The position numbers and the translations under genes are program-made. This document shows, piece by piece, positions 28,279 to 37,632 of a stretch of DNA of 46,937 nucleotides. The stretch's first letter is position 1, and each line of letters opens with the position of its first letter. Below the pieces are notes generated by a model, which searched no databases, was not told the origin of the DNA, and worked only from the letters and a program-made list of their open reading frames with translations. This DNA comes from Wenzhouxiangella sp. (GTDB lineage Bacteria > Pseudomonadota > Gammaproteobacteria > Xanthomonadales > Wenzhouxiangellaceae), in the NCBI GenBank assembly GCA_007119095.1, contig SKQI01000010.1, positions 1 through 46,937 of the forward strand, given 5' to 3'.

Positions 28279-28656
28279 ATGGCGACGGACAACCGACCGC
28301 TCTCACCGCATCTGCAGGTCTACCGGCCTCAGCTGACATCGGTGCTTTCGATTTCCCACAGAATAACCGGCATTGTGTTGAGCGCTGGATCACTGGTCGT
28401 GGTGATGTGGCTGCTGGCGCTGGCCAGCGGGCCGGAGCGCTTTGAGCAGCTGACAGCCTTTCTCTCTCACCCCATTTCCCTGGTCGGGCTGGCGGTCTGG
28501 AGTTTTTGCCTGTTCTATCATCTGCTAAATGGTATCCGACATTTGTTTTGGGATGCCGGCTGGCTGCTGGATCTGCGTGGCGCCTACGCCTCGGGGTGGA
28601 CGGTCGTCGTATTGTCCGTAATTCTGACCGTGGCGATTTGGGGAGGGCTGCTATGA
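28279..28656 (+). CDS. sdhC: succinate dehydrogenase cytochrome b556 subunit
   Basis: RPLSPHLQVYRPQ, SISHRITG, YHLLNGIRHLFWD. Confidence 0.95.
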   Translation: MATDNRPLSPHLQVYRPQLTSVLSISHRITGIVLSAGSLVVVMWLLALASGPERFEQLTAFLSHPISLVGLAVWSFCLFYHLLNGIRHLFWDAGWLLDLRGAYASGWTVVVLSVILTVAIWGGLL

Positions 28657-29033
28657 ACCTTCGTAACCCGTTAGCCAACGCGCACAACCATGGTTCTGCC
28701 GGCGATGGCGTCAGTCATTGGTGGGCGCAGCGCTTCAGTGCCATCCTGCTGGCCTTGCTCACTGTATGGCTGGTGTACGCCCTCGCTTCCCTGGTCGGCG
28801 CTGACCACGCGACGGCTTCGGCCTGGCTTTCTTCGCCGTTCAATTCAGCGATGGCGATTCTTTTCGTGGTGACTTCGCTTTACCACGGCAAACTCGGACT
28901 CCAGACCATCATCGAAGATTACGTGCACCATCGATCCGCGGAGGTTGCGCTGCAGATCCTGGTCAAACTGGCTGCCATCGTTGGGGGTTTGCTCGCCGTT
29001 GTCGCCATTCTGAAAGTTGCTTTTGGAGTCTGA
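28653..29033 (+). CDS. sdhD: succinate dehydrogenase membrane anchor
   Basis: [29 protein letters not shown]; ATGA overlap with sdhC. Confidence 0.94.
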   Translation: MNLRNPLANAHNHGSAGDGVSHWWAQRFSAILLALLTVWLVYALASLVGADHATASAWLSSPFNSAMAILFVVTSLYHGKLGLQTIIEDYVHHRSAEVALQILVKLAAIVGGLLAVVAILKVAFGV

Positions 29034-29035
29034 TC

Positions 29036-30823
29036 TTGAGTAAGTCCTACGAAGTTACCAAGCACGAATACGACGTTCTGGTCATTGGTGCCGGTGGTGC
29101 CGGATTACGGGCCACCATGGGCCTGGCAGCTACCGGGCTTACGACCGCGTGCATCACGAAGGTATTCCCGACCCGTTCTCACACGGTAGCAGCGCAGGGC
29201 GGCATGAGCGCGGCCCTGGGCAACATGGGCGAAGACGACTGGCGCTGGCACATGTATGACACCATCAAGGGGTCGGACTGGCTGGGTGATCAGGATGCCA
29301 TTGAATACATGTGTCGTGAGGCTATCCCGTCGGTCATTGAGCTTGAGCATTTCGGGGTTCCGTTTTCGCGTACCGAAGACGGCAAGATTTATCAGCGGCC
29401 CTTCGGCGGGATGACGACGCGATTCGGCGAGGGCACGGCTCAGCGAACCTGTGCGGCTGCTGATCGCACGGGTCACGCCATTCTCCACACGCTCTACCAG
29501 CAATCGCTGAAACACGACGCGCAGTTCTTTATTGAGTATTTCGCGCTTGACCTGTTGATGGATGATGGCGTCTGTCGTGGCGTGCTGGCCTGGGATCTGG
29601 CCAGCGGTACCCTGCACGAGTTCCGCGCCCACGCGGTCATTCTCGCGACCGGCGGCTACGGGCGTGCTTATTTCTCCTGCACATCTGCCCACACCTGCAC
29701 AGGTGACGGCAACGGCATGGTGCTTCGGGCAGGTCTGCCGCTGCAGGATATGGAGTTCGTTCAGTTCCACCCCACCGGTGTCTACGGCGCCGGCTGCCTG
29801 ATTACCGAGGGTGTCCGCGGTGAGGGTGGTTACCTGACCAACTCCGAGGGCGAGCGCTTCATGGAGCGCTATGCACCCAACGCGAAAGATCTGGCCTCGC
29901 GTGATGTCGTGTCTCGCTCGATGACCATTGAAATTCGCGAGGGTCGTGGCGTCGGTTCCAAGAATGATCACATCCATCTCAACCTGCAGCACCTAGGTGG
30001 CGATGTCATTCATGAGCGGCTGCCAGGCATTGCCGAAACGGCGAAGATTTTTGCCGGCGTCGACGTGACCAAGGAGCCGATTCCGGTGCTGCCGACCGTG
30101 CACTACAACATGGGCGGTATCCCAACCAACTATCACGGCGAAGTGGTGACCCTGAAAGATGGTGATCCCGACTCGGTCGTGCCCGGGCTCTATGCCATTG
30201 GCGAGGCTGCTTGCGTATCAGTACATGGGGCCAATCGTCTGGGGTCGAACTCTCTGCTCGATCTGATCGTCTTTGGGCGCGCGGTTGCCAAGCGATGCGG
30301 AGAGACGATCAAACCCGGGCAATCGCACAAGACACTGGGTAAAGAGGTTGTCGACAATCTGGTCGGCGAATTCGACCGCATTCGTCATGCATCCGGAGAT
30401 ACGCCGACATCGACGATTCGCGATCGCATGCAGCAGGTAATGCAGGAGGATGCGGCGGTTTTCCGTACCTCCGATTCCCTGAAGAAAGGCTGCGAGAGAA
30501 TCACCGAAGTCAATGCAGGTTTCGACAGTGTTTCGGTCAGCGATCGATCCATGGTCTGGAATTCGGATCTGGTCGAAACGCTGGAACTGCGCAACCTGCT
30601 CGGCAATGCCGTGACCACCATGATTTCAGCCGAAAACCGCAAGGAAAGCCGTGGCGCCCACGCCCATGAAGACTTTCCCGACCGCGACGACGACAACTGG
30701 CACAAGCACACCTTGATCTGGGTGGACGAAAGCGGCAAGACCCGAATTGACTATCGACCGGTTCACATGTACACCTTGAGCGACGATGTCGACGTTGTCC
30801 CCCTCAAGGCCAGAACCTACTGA
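29036..30823 (+). CDS. sdhA: succinate dehydrogenase flavoprotein
   Basis: [19 protein letters not shown] (FAD-His), [23 protein letters not shown]; TTG start. Confidence 0.98.
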   Translation: MSKSYEVTKHEYDVLVIGAGGAGLRATMGLAATGLTTACITKVFPTRSHTVAAQGGMSAALGNMGEDDWRWHMYDTIKGSDWLGDQDAIEYMCREAIPSVIELEHFGVPFSRTEDGKIYQRPFGGMTTRFGEGTAQRTCAAADRTGHAILHTLYQQSLKHDAQFFIEYFALDLLMDDGVCRGVLAWDLASGTLHEFRAHAVILATGGYGRAYFSCTSAHTCTGDGNGMVLRAGLPLQDMEFVQFHPTGVYGAGCLITEGVRGEGGYLTNSEGERFMERYAPNAKDLASRDVVSRSMTIEIREGRGVGSKNDHIHLNLQHLGGDVIHERLPGIAETAKIFAGVDVTKEPIPVLPTVHYNMGGIPTNYHGEVVTLKDGDPDSVVPGLYAIGEAACVSVHGANRLGSNSLLDLIVFGRAVAKRCGETIKPGQSHKTLGKEVVDNLVGEFDRIRHASGDTPTSTIRDRMQQVMQEDAAVFRTSDSLKKGCERITEVNAGFDSVSVSDRSMVWNSDLVETLELRNLLGNAVTTMISAENRKESRGAHAHEDFPDRDDDNWHKHTLIWVDESGKTRIDYRPVHMYTLSDDVDVVPLKARTY

Positions 30824-30876
30824 AGCCCGTATTTCGCCCTACAGATCAAGCAGTACAGGACAGCATCAGGCAGACC

Positions 30877-31662
30877 ATGGCACAGTTCAGACTTCCGAAA
30901 AATTCCAGAATTGGCAAGGGCAAGCACTTCCCGGCGCCACAAGACGCCAAACGCGTCAAGACATTCAGGGTCTATCGCTATGATCCCGATAGCGGCGAGA
31001 ATCCAAGAGTGGACTCCTACGACATCGATCTTGATGATTGTGGCCCCATGGTTCTGGATGCCGTGGTCAAGATCAAGAATGAACTTGATCCAACCCTGAC
31101 GTTCCGCCGCTCCTGCCGTGAAGGCATTTGCGGTTCCTGTGCGTTCAATATTGATGGCACCAATACCCTGGCCTGCACCAAGGCCATCGACGACATCAAG
31201 GGCGACGTCAAGATCTACCCCTTGCCGCATATGCCGGTGATCAAGGACCTGGTGCCGGACCTCACCCATTTCTACGCGCAATATGCGTCGATCAAGCCCT
31301 GGATTCAGACCCAGAGCCCGGCACCGCCGGACAAGGAACGCTTGCAGTCGCCAGCAGATCGCAAGCAGATGGACGGACTGTATGAGTGCATCCTCTGCGC
31401 CTGCTGCTCAACATCGTGCCCGAGTTACTGGTGGAACGGCGATCGTTACCTGGGGCCGGCCATTTTGCTGCAGGCTTATCGCTGGCTGGTTGACTCGCGC
31501 GATGAAGCGACCGGGGACCGGCTTGATGATCTGGAAGACCCATTCCGCTTGTATCGTTGCCATACCATCATGAACTGTGCGCGAACCTGTCCGAAGGGGC
31601 TCAACCCGGCCAAGGCAATTGCCGAAATCAAGAAAATGATGCTGGCACGGCGCAGCTTGTAG
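30877..31662 (+). CDS. sdhB: succinate dehydrogenase iron-sulfur subunit
   Basis: [39 protein letters not shown]. Confidence 0.98.
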   Translation: MAQFRLPKNSRIGKGKHFPAPQDAKRVKTFRVYRYDPDSGENPRVDSYDIDLDDCGPMVLDAVVKIKNELDPTLTFRRSCREGICGSCAFNIDGTNTLACTKAIDDIKGDVKIYPLPHMPVIKDLVPDLTHFYAQYASIKPWIQTQSPAPPDKERLQSPADRKQMDGLYECILCACCSTSCPSYWWNGDRYLGPAILLQAYRWLVDSRDEATGDRLDDLEDPFRLYRCHTIMNCARTCPKGLNPAKAIAEIKKMMLARRSL

Positions 31663-31928
31663 TGACCGGCGGCGAGGATCGTTCTGTTTCGGCCTTGCGC
31701 TGGCGCTGCCGACGGGGCATGCGCGAACTCGACGTTCTCCTGGGGCATTGGCTTAATGATTGCTACCCGGATGCAGAGCAAGCACTTCAACAGGCATTCA
31801 GCGATTTGCTCGAGTGCGAAGATGACATGATTTGGGATTGGCTGATGGGGAGGTCAGCGCCGCCTGACCACTTGCAGGCATTGGTGGCAAAAATACAGGG
31901 TCTCAGTGAAACCCGCAGCCTCGGCTAG
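31662..31928 (+). CDS. sdhE: FAD assembly factor SdhE (SDHAF2/Sdh5 family)
   Basis: GTG overlapping the sdhB stop; LRWRCRRGMRELD motif, LLECEDDMIWDW. Confidence 0.9.
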   Translation: MTGGEDRSVSALRWRCRRGMRELDVLLGHWLNDCYPDAEQALQQAFSDLLECEDDMIWDWLMGRSAPPDHLQALVAKIQGLSETRSLG

Positions 31929-32313
31929 GATTCTGCCTGTCGGACCGGCCCGCAAAGTGGCATGCCTGGTTGTTGTGCTGACTTTGCTTGCAATTGCAGC
32001 CGTGACCGTCAGCGGCTTGACTTTACTGATTCGTATTCTTCTTGTTGCCGTCGCGCTTGCTTACGGCTGGCGGGTTGCCCATTGTCTGTTGTGGCCAACC
32101 CTGAGGGGCATTTCTCTCACGGCCGAAGGCGTTCGCATCATCCAGCACAGTGGTGGTGATCAGCCAACCGTGCGGGTCGCAGCTTGCTTTGTCTGCCCCT
32201 GGTTTGTCAGCTTTGGCAGTGGACTGTCTGGCTTTGGTCTGTTCCGTGAACAATTGGCAGATGATGACTTTCGCCGTCTGAGCGTCTTTCTCCGGCACGG
32301 TGGGTGGCATTGA
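31906..32313 (+). CDS. YgfX/CptA-like small membrane protein
   Basis: Two N-terminal TM segments, C-terminal DDFRRLSVFLR; overlaps sdhE as in ygfY-ygfX. Confidence 0.6.
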   Translation: MKPAASARILPVGPARKVACLVVVLTLLAIAAVTVSGLTLLIRILLVAVALAYGWRVAHCLLWPTLRGISLTAEGVRIIQHSGGDQPTVRVAACFVCPWFVSFGSGLSGFGLFREQLADDDFRRLSVFLRHGGWH

Positions 32314-32987
32314 AGCGAGCCTTGCGATTCCTGCGCCGCTGGCTGGTGCGCTCGGCCTTGCTGGTTATTGGCCTGACGGTCGCAGTGACCTTGCCGCTTC
32401 GCTGGCTGGATCCGCCAACCACGATGTTCATGGTCATCGAGCGCTGGCAAAGCGCTGCCTGGCCGAGGCAGCACTGGACAGACGCAGATCAGATACCGGA
32501 TGTGCTCCGCCTGGCAGTGATCGCCGCCGAGGATCAGAATTTTCCGTACCACCGTGGCTTTGATACGGTGCAGATTCGGGCAGCGCTCGATGGTCTCCAA
32601 CGCGGTGAACGTCTGCGCGGTGCCAGTACCCTGAGCCAACAATTGGCCAGAAACCTCTATTTGTGGCCGCAGCGTAGCTGGCTGCGAAAAGGGCTCGAGG
32701 CCTGGTTTACCGTCCCGCTGGAGCTGTTTCTGCCGAAGGAACGGCTGTTGTTCATTTACCTCAATGTTGTCGAGTTTGGCCCGGGCATATACGGGGCTGA
32801 AGCGGCAGCCCAACACCACTTCGGCAAGCCGGCCATTGCCTTGACCCGGCAGGAAGCGGCGCTGCTCGCCGCCACGCTGCCAGCGCCGAAACACCGCGTT
32901 CCGGCCAACCCCGATCAGGCCATGCGCGACCGGCAGCGCTGGATTCTGAGGCAAATGGACAACCTCGGTTTAGCCTGGCTGCCGTAA
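32304..32987 (+). CDS. mtgA: monofunctional peptidoglycan transglycosylase
   Basis: AVIAAEDQNF..HRGFD, RGASTLSQQLARNL, RKGLEA, YLNVVEFG. Confidence 0.95.
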   Translation: MALKRALRFLRRWLVRSALLVIGLTVAVTLPLRWLDPPTTMFMVIERWQSAAWPRQHWTDADQIPDVLRLAVIAAEDQNFPYHRGFDTVQIRAALDGLQRGERLRGASTLSQQLARNLYLWPQRSWLRKGLEAWFTVPLELFLPKERLLFIYLNVVEFGPGIYGAEAAAQHHFGKPAIALTRQEAALLAATLPAPKHRVPANPDQAMRDRQRWILRQMDNLGLAWLP

Positions 32988-33039
32988 TCGGCTAGACTGG
33001 CCAGATAGCGAAAAGCACCAAAAGGGGAGTCCTCTCGCC

Positions 33040-34134
33040 ATGGATTTGCACAAGTACCTTCAGGCAATGGTCAAGCACGAGGCCTCTGATTTGTTTTTCA
33101 GCGCGGGCGCGCCGGTTGGCATCAAGATTCATGGCAAAACGCGGTTTCTCGGAGAGCATCGGCTGAGTTCGGCTGAATCCCGTCAGCTGGCTTTTTCCAT
33201 TCTGACTGACAAGCAAAGCGCTGAATTCGAGCGCGAAATGGAGTTGAACCTGGCCCTGGCCCTTGATGGTATCGGTCGTTTCAGAGTCAATGTGTTTCGT
33301 CAGCGCGGCTCCGTGGCCATGGTCGTGCGTCATATCAAGGCCGAGATACCTTCAATTGAGGCGCTCAACCTGCCGGTGAAGCTCAAGGAGTTGATCATGG
33401 CACCACGAGGTCTGGTGCTTGTGGTGGGGTCGACCGGATCCGGCAAGTCCACCACGCTGGCCTCAATGATTGATTATCGCAACGAGCACCGGACTGGTCA
33501 CATTCTCACGATCGAGGACCCGATTGAGTTTCTGCACAGCCACAAAAAATGCATTGTCGATCAGCGCGAAGTCGGTCTCGATACCCTCAGCTATGCCGCT
33601 GCGCTGAAGAACGCCATGCGCGAGGCACCTGACGTGATTCTGATTGGTGAAATTCGCGACCGCGACACCATGCAGCATGCCATTGCCTACGCCGAAACCG
33701 GTCATCTCTGCTTGTCCACGCTGCATGCTAATAACGCCAACCAGGCGCTGGACAGGATCATCAATTTCTTCCCTGAGTCGGCGCATCAGCAGCTTTTTGT
33801 CGATTTGTCGCTGCATTTGCAGTCGATCATCAGTCAGCGGCTGGTGCCCAGTCTCGATGGTCTGCGCGTTCCGGCTGTTGAATTGTTGATACGGACACCG
33901 TTTGTGGCAGACCTTATTCTCAAGGCCGAGATCAGCGGGCTGAAGGATGCGATGAAAGAGGGCAGTCAGCATGGCATGCAGACCTTTGACCAGTCTCTGC
34001 TGGAGCTTTTCAAAGCCGGCAAGATCAGCGCCGAAGAGGCGCTGGAACATGCCGATTCCCGCAATGACCTGGGGCTGAATATCCGGCTTCACGCTGGCGC
34101 CGGCAGTGCACCCAGCGAATGGGATCTGCAGTAG
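33040..34134 (+). CDS. pilU: PilT/PilU-family type IV pilus retraction ATPase (PilU-like)
   Basis: ASDLFFSAG, GSTGSGKST, TIEDPIE, IGEIRD, AETGHLCLSTLHANNA, GMQTFDQ; lacks the PilT AIRNLIRE motif. Confidence 0.88.
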   Translation: MDLHKYLQAMVKHEASDLFFSAGAPVGIKIHGKTRFLGEHRLSSAESRQLAFSILTDKQSAEFEREMELNLALALDGIGRFRVNVFRQRGSVAMVVRHIKAEIPSIEALNLPVKLKELIMAPRGLVLVVGSTGSGKSTTLASMIDYRNEHRTGHILTIEDPIEFLHSHKKCIVDQREVGLDTLSYAAALKNAMREAPDVILIGEIRDRDTMQHAIAYAETGHLCLSTLHANNANQALDRIINFFPESAHQQLFVDLSLHLQSIISQRLVPSLDGLRVPAVELLIRTPFVADLILKAEISGLKDAMKEGSQHGMQTFDQSLLELFKAGKISAEEALEHADSRNDLGLNIRLHAGAGSAPSEWDLQ

Positions 34135-34149
34135 CTGGAGCGCCAGCAG

Positions 34150-34302
34150 CCTGCGCGGCAGAAGCCGTCCGGGCTGCAACGGCGCCCTCGCCATTGAGTG
34201 CGTCTATCGTCGAGCTTACATAGCATCACTATGCGCGCTTTCCGATAGACACACTCAATGGCGATTGCATCCCTTTCGCCTCGAACGTTTCTGCCGCGCA
34301 GG
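34150..34302. repeat. ~150-bp imperfect palindrome (MITE/REP-like element)
   Basis: Outer arms CCTGCGCGGCAGAA (34150-63) / TTCTGCCGCGCAGG (34289-302) perfect; inner 22-bp arms 34188-209 / 34243-264 with 1 mismatch; apical CATAG-catca-CTATG. Confidence 0.85.
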
Positions 34303-34305
34303 TTC

Positions 34306-35556
34306 CTAGAGAAAGTACTTGAGTGAACTTGCCGCTGCAAAGAAGGCAGCGCTCAGCAAGGCGAACCAGAGCAGCAGTGAAATCTCCTGCCATTTGTGCT
34401 GGGGCTGGCGAAAGAGCAGCCAGAGCACAAGCGGTGGGATGTAGTAGCGCTGTTCGATCAACTCTGCCGGCAGCATCGCGAGCACCGTCACTGGAAACAA
34501 CCAGATTGAGGCCTTCTCTTTCAATGGCGATACGGCAATGCTGAGCAGGCTCCAGGCCATCAGCGGAAAGGCAAGCAGGCGCGCCACCGGGTCATTGGCC
34601 AGCCAGCCCAAGACCCGGTTGCGAAGGTGGAATTCCGGCAGGCCCAGATTGTAGTGATGGGTAACGGCGAAGCTGAACCAGTAATAGAGACCCAGCAGGA
34701 GCAGGGCGGGGATGATCCACCAGCGCTTGCGAACGAGAGCCGCAATGTTGCCCAGATTGGCGATATGCAAGGGCAAGAGCACCAGCCAGAGCGCCAGCAG
34801 CATGAAAAAGACCTGGCTTGGATACAGCCCGCCGAGCTGATGCGACATCCGGTCTCCCACAGCCACGCCGCGGTTGAGAACCAGAAAAATGATGAACGCA
34901 AACAGCGGCAGCAAAAGTGGCCAGGTGCTCTTCAGCGCGGGCACCAACGCTTGACCCGCAGCTCGAATCTTGTCGCTCAGGTTGTCTCCGGCAGCCAGTG
35001 CCGTACCGATGCCGGCCTGGTGGACAGCCATCAGCCAGACCAGCCCCAGCCAGAAGACATTGGTTTGACGGATGAAAAGCGCAGCCAGTCCTATGCAGGC
35101 TGCCGCCTTGAAGCGCTGGCGATCGGCCAGCAGAACAACTGCCAGCAGCGCTGCCAGAGCCAGCAGGTCGGTGTACAGGAGGACATAGAACGGCCACAAC
35201 AGCGGACAGGCCAGCAGTTGCAGTGAACGCAGGAATGGCTGCTGGGCGGCATGAGCGCGCCAGTACAGCCAGGCAAGGAAAATGACGCTGCTGGCCAGCA
35301 GCGCGCTAATCGCACGCAATGCGGTGACCTGATCCAGTCCGAGCAGTGCAGCAGGCGCAGATACGATCAGGTGGTAACCGGGAGTGACCGTGATTTCCGG
35401 GACGCGCTTGAATTCACCGGCCAGAAAAAACTGGATCTGGCCGTGATGGAAGTGCTCGTCGACCATCAGCTGGTCGGGCAGCAGATACAGGCTGGAGGCC
35501 AGGATGCCCAGGGTGATCAGCGCCAGCAGGACGCTGCTGAGCCCGGTCTTGCTCAT
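34306..35556 (-). CDS. ALG10/DIE2-like (GT59, GT-C fold) membrane glucosyltransferase homolog
   Basis: Polytopic membrane protein with ordered motifs VDEHFH..Q, PEITVTPG, LLYTD, RQTNVFW, N.GVAVGDRMSH, EQRYYIP, matching eukaryotic ALG10 blocks as recalled. Confidence 0.8.
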   Translation of the reverse strand: MSKTGLSSVLLALITLGILASSLYLLPDQLMVDEHFHHGQIQFFLAGEFKRVPEITVTPGYHLIVSAPAALLGLDQVTALRAISALLASSVIFLAWLYWRAHAAQQPFLRSLQLLACPLLWPFYVLLYTDLLALAALLAVVLLADRQRFKAAACIGLAALFIRQTNVFWLGLVWLMAVHQAGIGTALAAGDNLSDKIRAAGQALVPALKSTWPLLLPLFAFIIFLVLNRGVAVGDRMSHQLGGLYPSQVFFMLLALWLVLLPLHIANLGNIAALVRKRWWIIPALLLLGLYYWFSFAVTHHYNLGLPEFHLRNRVLGWLANDPVARLLAFPLMAWSLLSIAVSPLKEKASIWLFPVTVLAMLPAELIEQRYYIPPLVLWLLFRQPQHKWQEISLLLWFALLSAAFFAAASSLKYFL

Positions 35557-35562
35557 CGAAGC

Positions 35563-36168
35563 TCAGATCGGCGTTGTGTCCGGGGTCGGCGCTTTGCGTC
35601 GCCGCAGCCAGCGAACCATCCAGACCAGCAGCGCGACCAGGGCGATAATGACAATGATCCCGAATACGATCGGGATCAGCAGCGCCATGGCAATGGCAAA
35701 CAGGCTGCCCGCAGTCTCACCCGTCGAAACCAACGGATTGGCGAGGCCGCCGCTGGATGCCGTGGACAGGCCGCGCGCCAGCACGCTGCCGGTCTGAACG
35801 ATGCCTGCAGAGCCGCCACCCAGCGTGAGCGCGGTCCCCCACTGGGCCAGGTCATTCATTTCCGGGAGCAGGGAAGCGACAATGACGGTGCCGCCGCCAA
35901 TGGCGGCCGGGGTCGCCAGAATGTCGAGCAGGTTGTCAACCAGCGGGATGTAGTAGGCACCGGCCTCAAGCATGGCGGCAATGCCAACGATGATCAGCAC
36001 CGGTTCCGAGGCCAGCCAGGCAAACTGTTCTCCGACCTCCAGCCAACCCATGCGCACGGCAATGCCCAGCGCCAGAATGGGTAGAAACACCCGCAGGCCG
36101 GCTGCTGCACTCAAGGTAATGCCGGCCATGATGGCCGACAGCATGGTCAGGTCTGACACGCTTTCCAT
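35563..36168 (-). CDS. DUF4126 family membrane protein
   Basis: LSAAAGLRVFLP, EAGAYYIPLVDNLLD, RGLSTASSGGLANPLVSTGE. Confidence 0.8.
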   Translation of the reverse strand: MESVSDLTMLSAIMAGITLSAAAGLRVFLPILALGIAVRMGWLEVGEQFAWLASEPVLIIVGIAAMLEAGAYYIPLVDNLLDILATPAAIGGGTVIVASLLPEMNDLAQWGTALTLGGGSAGIVQTGSVLARGLSTASSGGLANPLVSTGETAGSLFAIAMALLIPIVFGIIVIIALVALLVWMVRWLRRRKAPTPDTTPI

Positions 36169-36174
36169 GGCGCC

Positions 36175-36180
36175 ATTCTA
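36175..36180 (-). promoter_or_regulatory. -10 element (TAGAAT) 6 nt upstream of the DUF4126 ATG; probable leaderless transcript
   Basis: Minus strand reads TAGAAT-GGCGCC-ATG; no Shine-Dalgarno. Confidence 0.55.
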
Positions 36181-36200
36181 CGCCGCTTCGGCGGGCCGGG

Positions 36201-37106
36201 TCAGCCACTCCCCCGGGTGCGAGTCTTGTCCTTGCGCGCGTTCTTTTCCAGAAACTGAATGATCATGCCGGCGACGTCCTTGCCGGTAGCCGTTTCTATG
36301 CCCTCCAGGCCTGGTGATGAATTGACCTCCATGACCAGCGGCCCGTGGTTTGAGCGCAGCAGGTCTACCCCGGCCACGTTCAGCCCCATGATTCGGGCCG
36401 AACGCACCGCCACGGCGCGCTCCTGGGGGGTGATCTTGATCAGCTCGGCAGAGCCGCCGCGATGCAGATTGGACCGGAATTCACCGGGCTTGGCCTGGCG
36501 CTTGATTGCGGCAACCACCTTGTCGCCGATCACGAAGCAGCGGATGTCCGCACCGCCAGCTTCCTTGATGTACTCCTGGACCATGATCGAAACATTCAGC
36601 CCCATGAAAGCTTCGAGGACACTTTCGGCGGCCTTGCGTGTTTCACACAGTACGACGCCGATGCCCTGGGTGCCTTCCAGCAGCTTGGCCACCAGGGGGG
36701 CACCGCCGACCATTTCGATCAGGTCGCCGATGTCATCCGGGGCGCGGGCGAAACCGGTCACGGGCAGGCCGATGCCGCGTCTCGCCAGTAGCTGCAGTGA
36801 GCGCAGCTTGTCGCGCGAACGGGTCACGGCAACCGATTCATTGAGCGGGAAAGTGCCCATCATCTCGAATTGGCGCAGCACGGCCGTGCCGTAAAAAGTG
36901 ATCGAGGCGCCAATTCGCGGTATGACGGCGTCAAACGGATCCAGCTGTTCTCCGCGGTAATGCATGGTCGGACGATGCGAGGCAATGTTCATGTAGCAGC
37001 GCAAGGTATCCACCACCTGGACATCGTGCCCGCGCTCCTTTGCGGCTTCAATCAGGCGGTTGGTCGAATAGATCTTTCGGCTACGGGAAAGAATGGCAAT
37101 GCGCAT
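36201..37106 (-). CDS. rimK: ribosomal protein S6--L-glutamate ligase
   Basis: [62 protein letters not shown]; GAGG SD before ATG 37106. Confidence 0.96.
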   Translation of the reverse strand: MRIAILSRSRKIYSTNRLIEAAKERGHDVQVVDTLRCYMNIASHRPTMHYRGEQLDPFDAVIPRIGASITFYGTAVLRQFEMMGTFPLNESVAVTRSRDKLRSLQLLARRGIGLPVTGFARAPDDIGDLIEMVGGAPLVAKLLEGTQGIGVVLCETRKAAESVLEAFMGLNVSIMVQEYIKEAGGADIRCFVIGDKVVAAIKRQAKPGEFRSNLHRGGSAELIKITPQERAVAVRSARIMGLNVAGVDLLRSNHGPLVMEVNSSPGLEGIETATGKDVAGMIIQFLEKNARKDKTRTRGSG

Positions 37107-37134
37107 GAGGATTCCTCGGGTGCTGGTTTGGCGC

Positions 37135-37587
37135 TTAGTTGAAGCGAGGTTTGCCTTGAAGAAAGGTTCTGGCTGGATAGACCAGGGCGTGGTTTTCCAT
37201 CGCGACGCGCCCCAGCAGCATGCGGTATCGCATCTTGCGTCGGTCACTCAAGGTGATGTCAACCGGCCAGCGAGAGTGGCCGATGACGATCGGCGTGCGG
37301 ATAGTCAGGCGTTCGCTTGCCTTGCCGGAACTGCTTCGCACGATGCGAGTGCCAACCAGGCGGCACTCGCAGTCGATATCGCTGACGGCTGCGATGTGGT
37401 CCAGGTGGACGCGGAACGCAACCCAGTTCAGACCATCACGCACAAATGGCCGAATGTTGCTGGCATGCAGGGCGCATGACTTGGCGCCGGTGTCGACGCG
37501 CGCGCGCAGGCGGTCAACGCCAAGCTCAGGCAGGGCAACCCACTCGCAGGCACCGATAATCATGTTCGGCCCGATATGCGAGCTCAT
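37135..37587 (-). CDS. RimK-associated retropepsin-like protease (RimB / 'ATP-dependent zinc protease' family)
   Basis: [42 protein letters not shown]; adjacent to rimK. Confidence 0.85.
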   Translation of the reverse strand: MSSHIGPNMIIGACEWVALPELGVDRLRARVDTGAKSCALHASNIRPFVRDGLNWVAFRVHLDHIAAVSDIDCECRLVGTRIVRSSSGKASERLTIRTPIVIGHSRWPVDITLSDRRKMRYRMLLGRVAMENHALVYPARTFLQGKPRFN

Positions 37588-37632
37588 TGCGAGGTTCTGA
37601 CCCGGCTCCAGTTCAGCAACGACCTGATGGCG

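Noticed and set aside
34089-34340. Two opposite-strand ORFs with near-identical peptides
   Set aside because: By-product of the DNA palindrome; they overlap real genes and have no SD or recognisable domain
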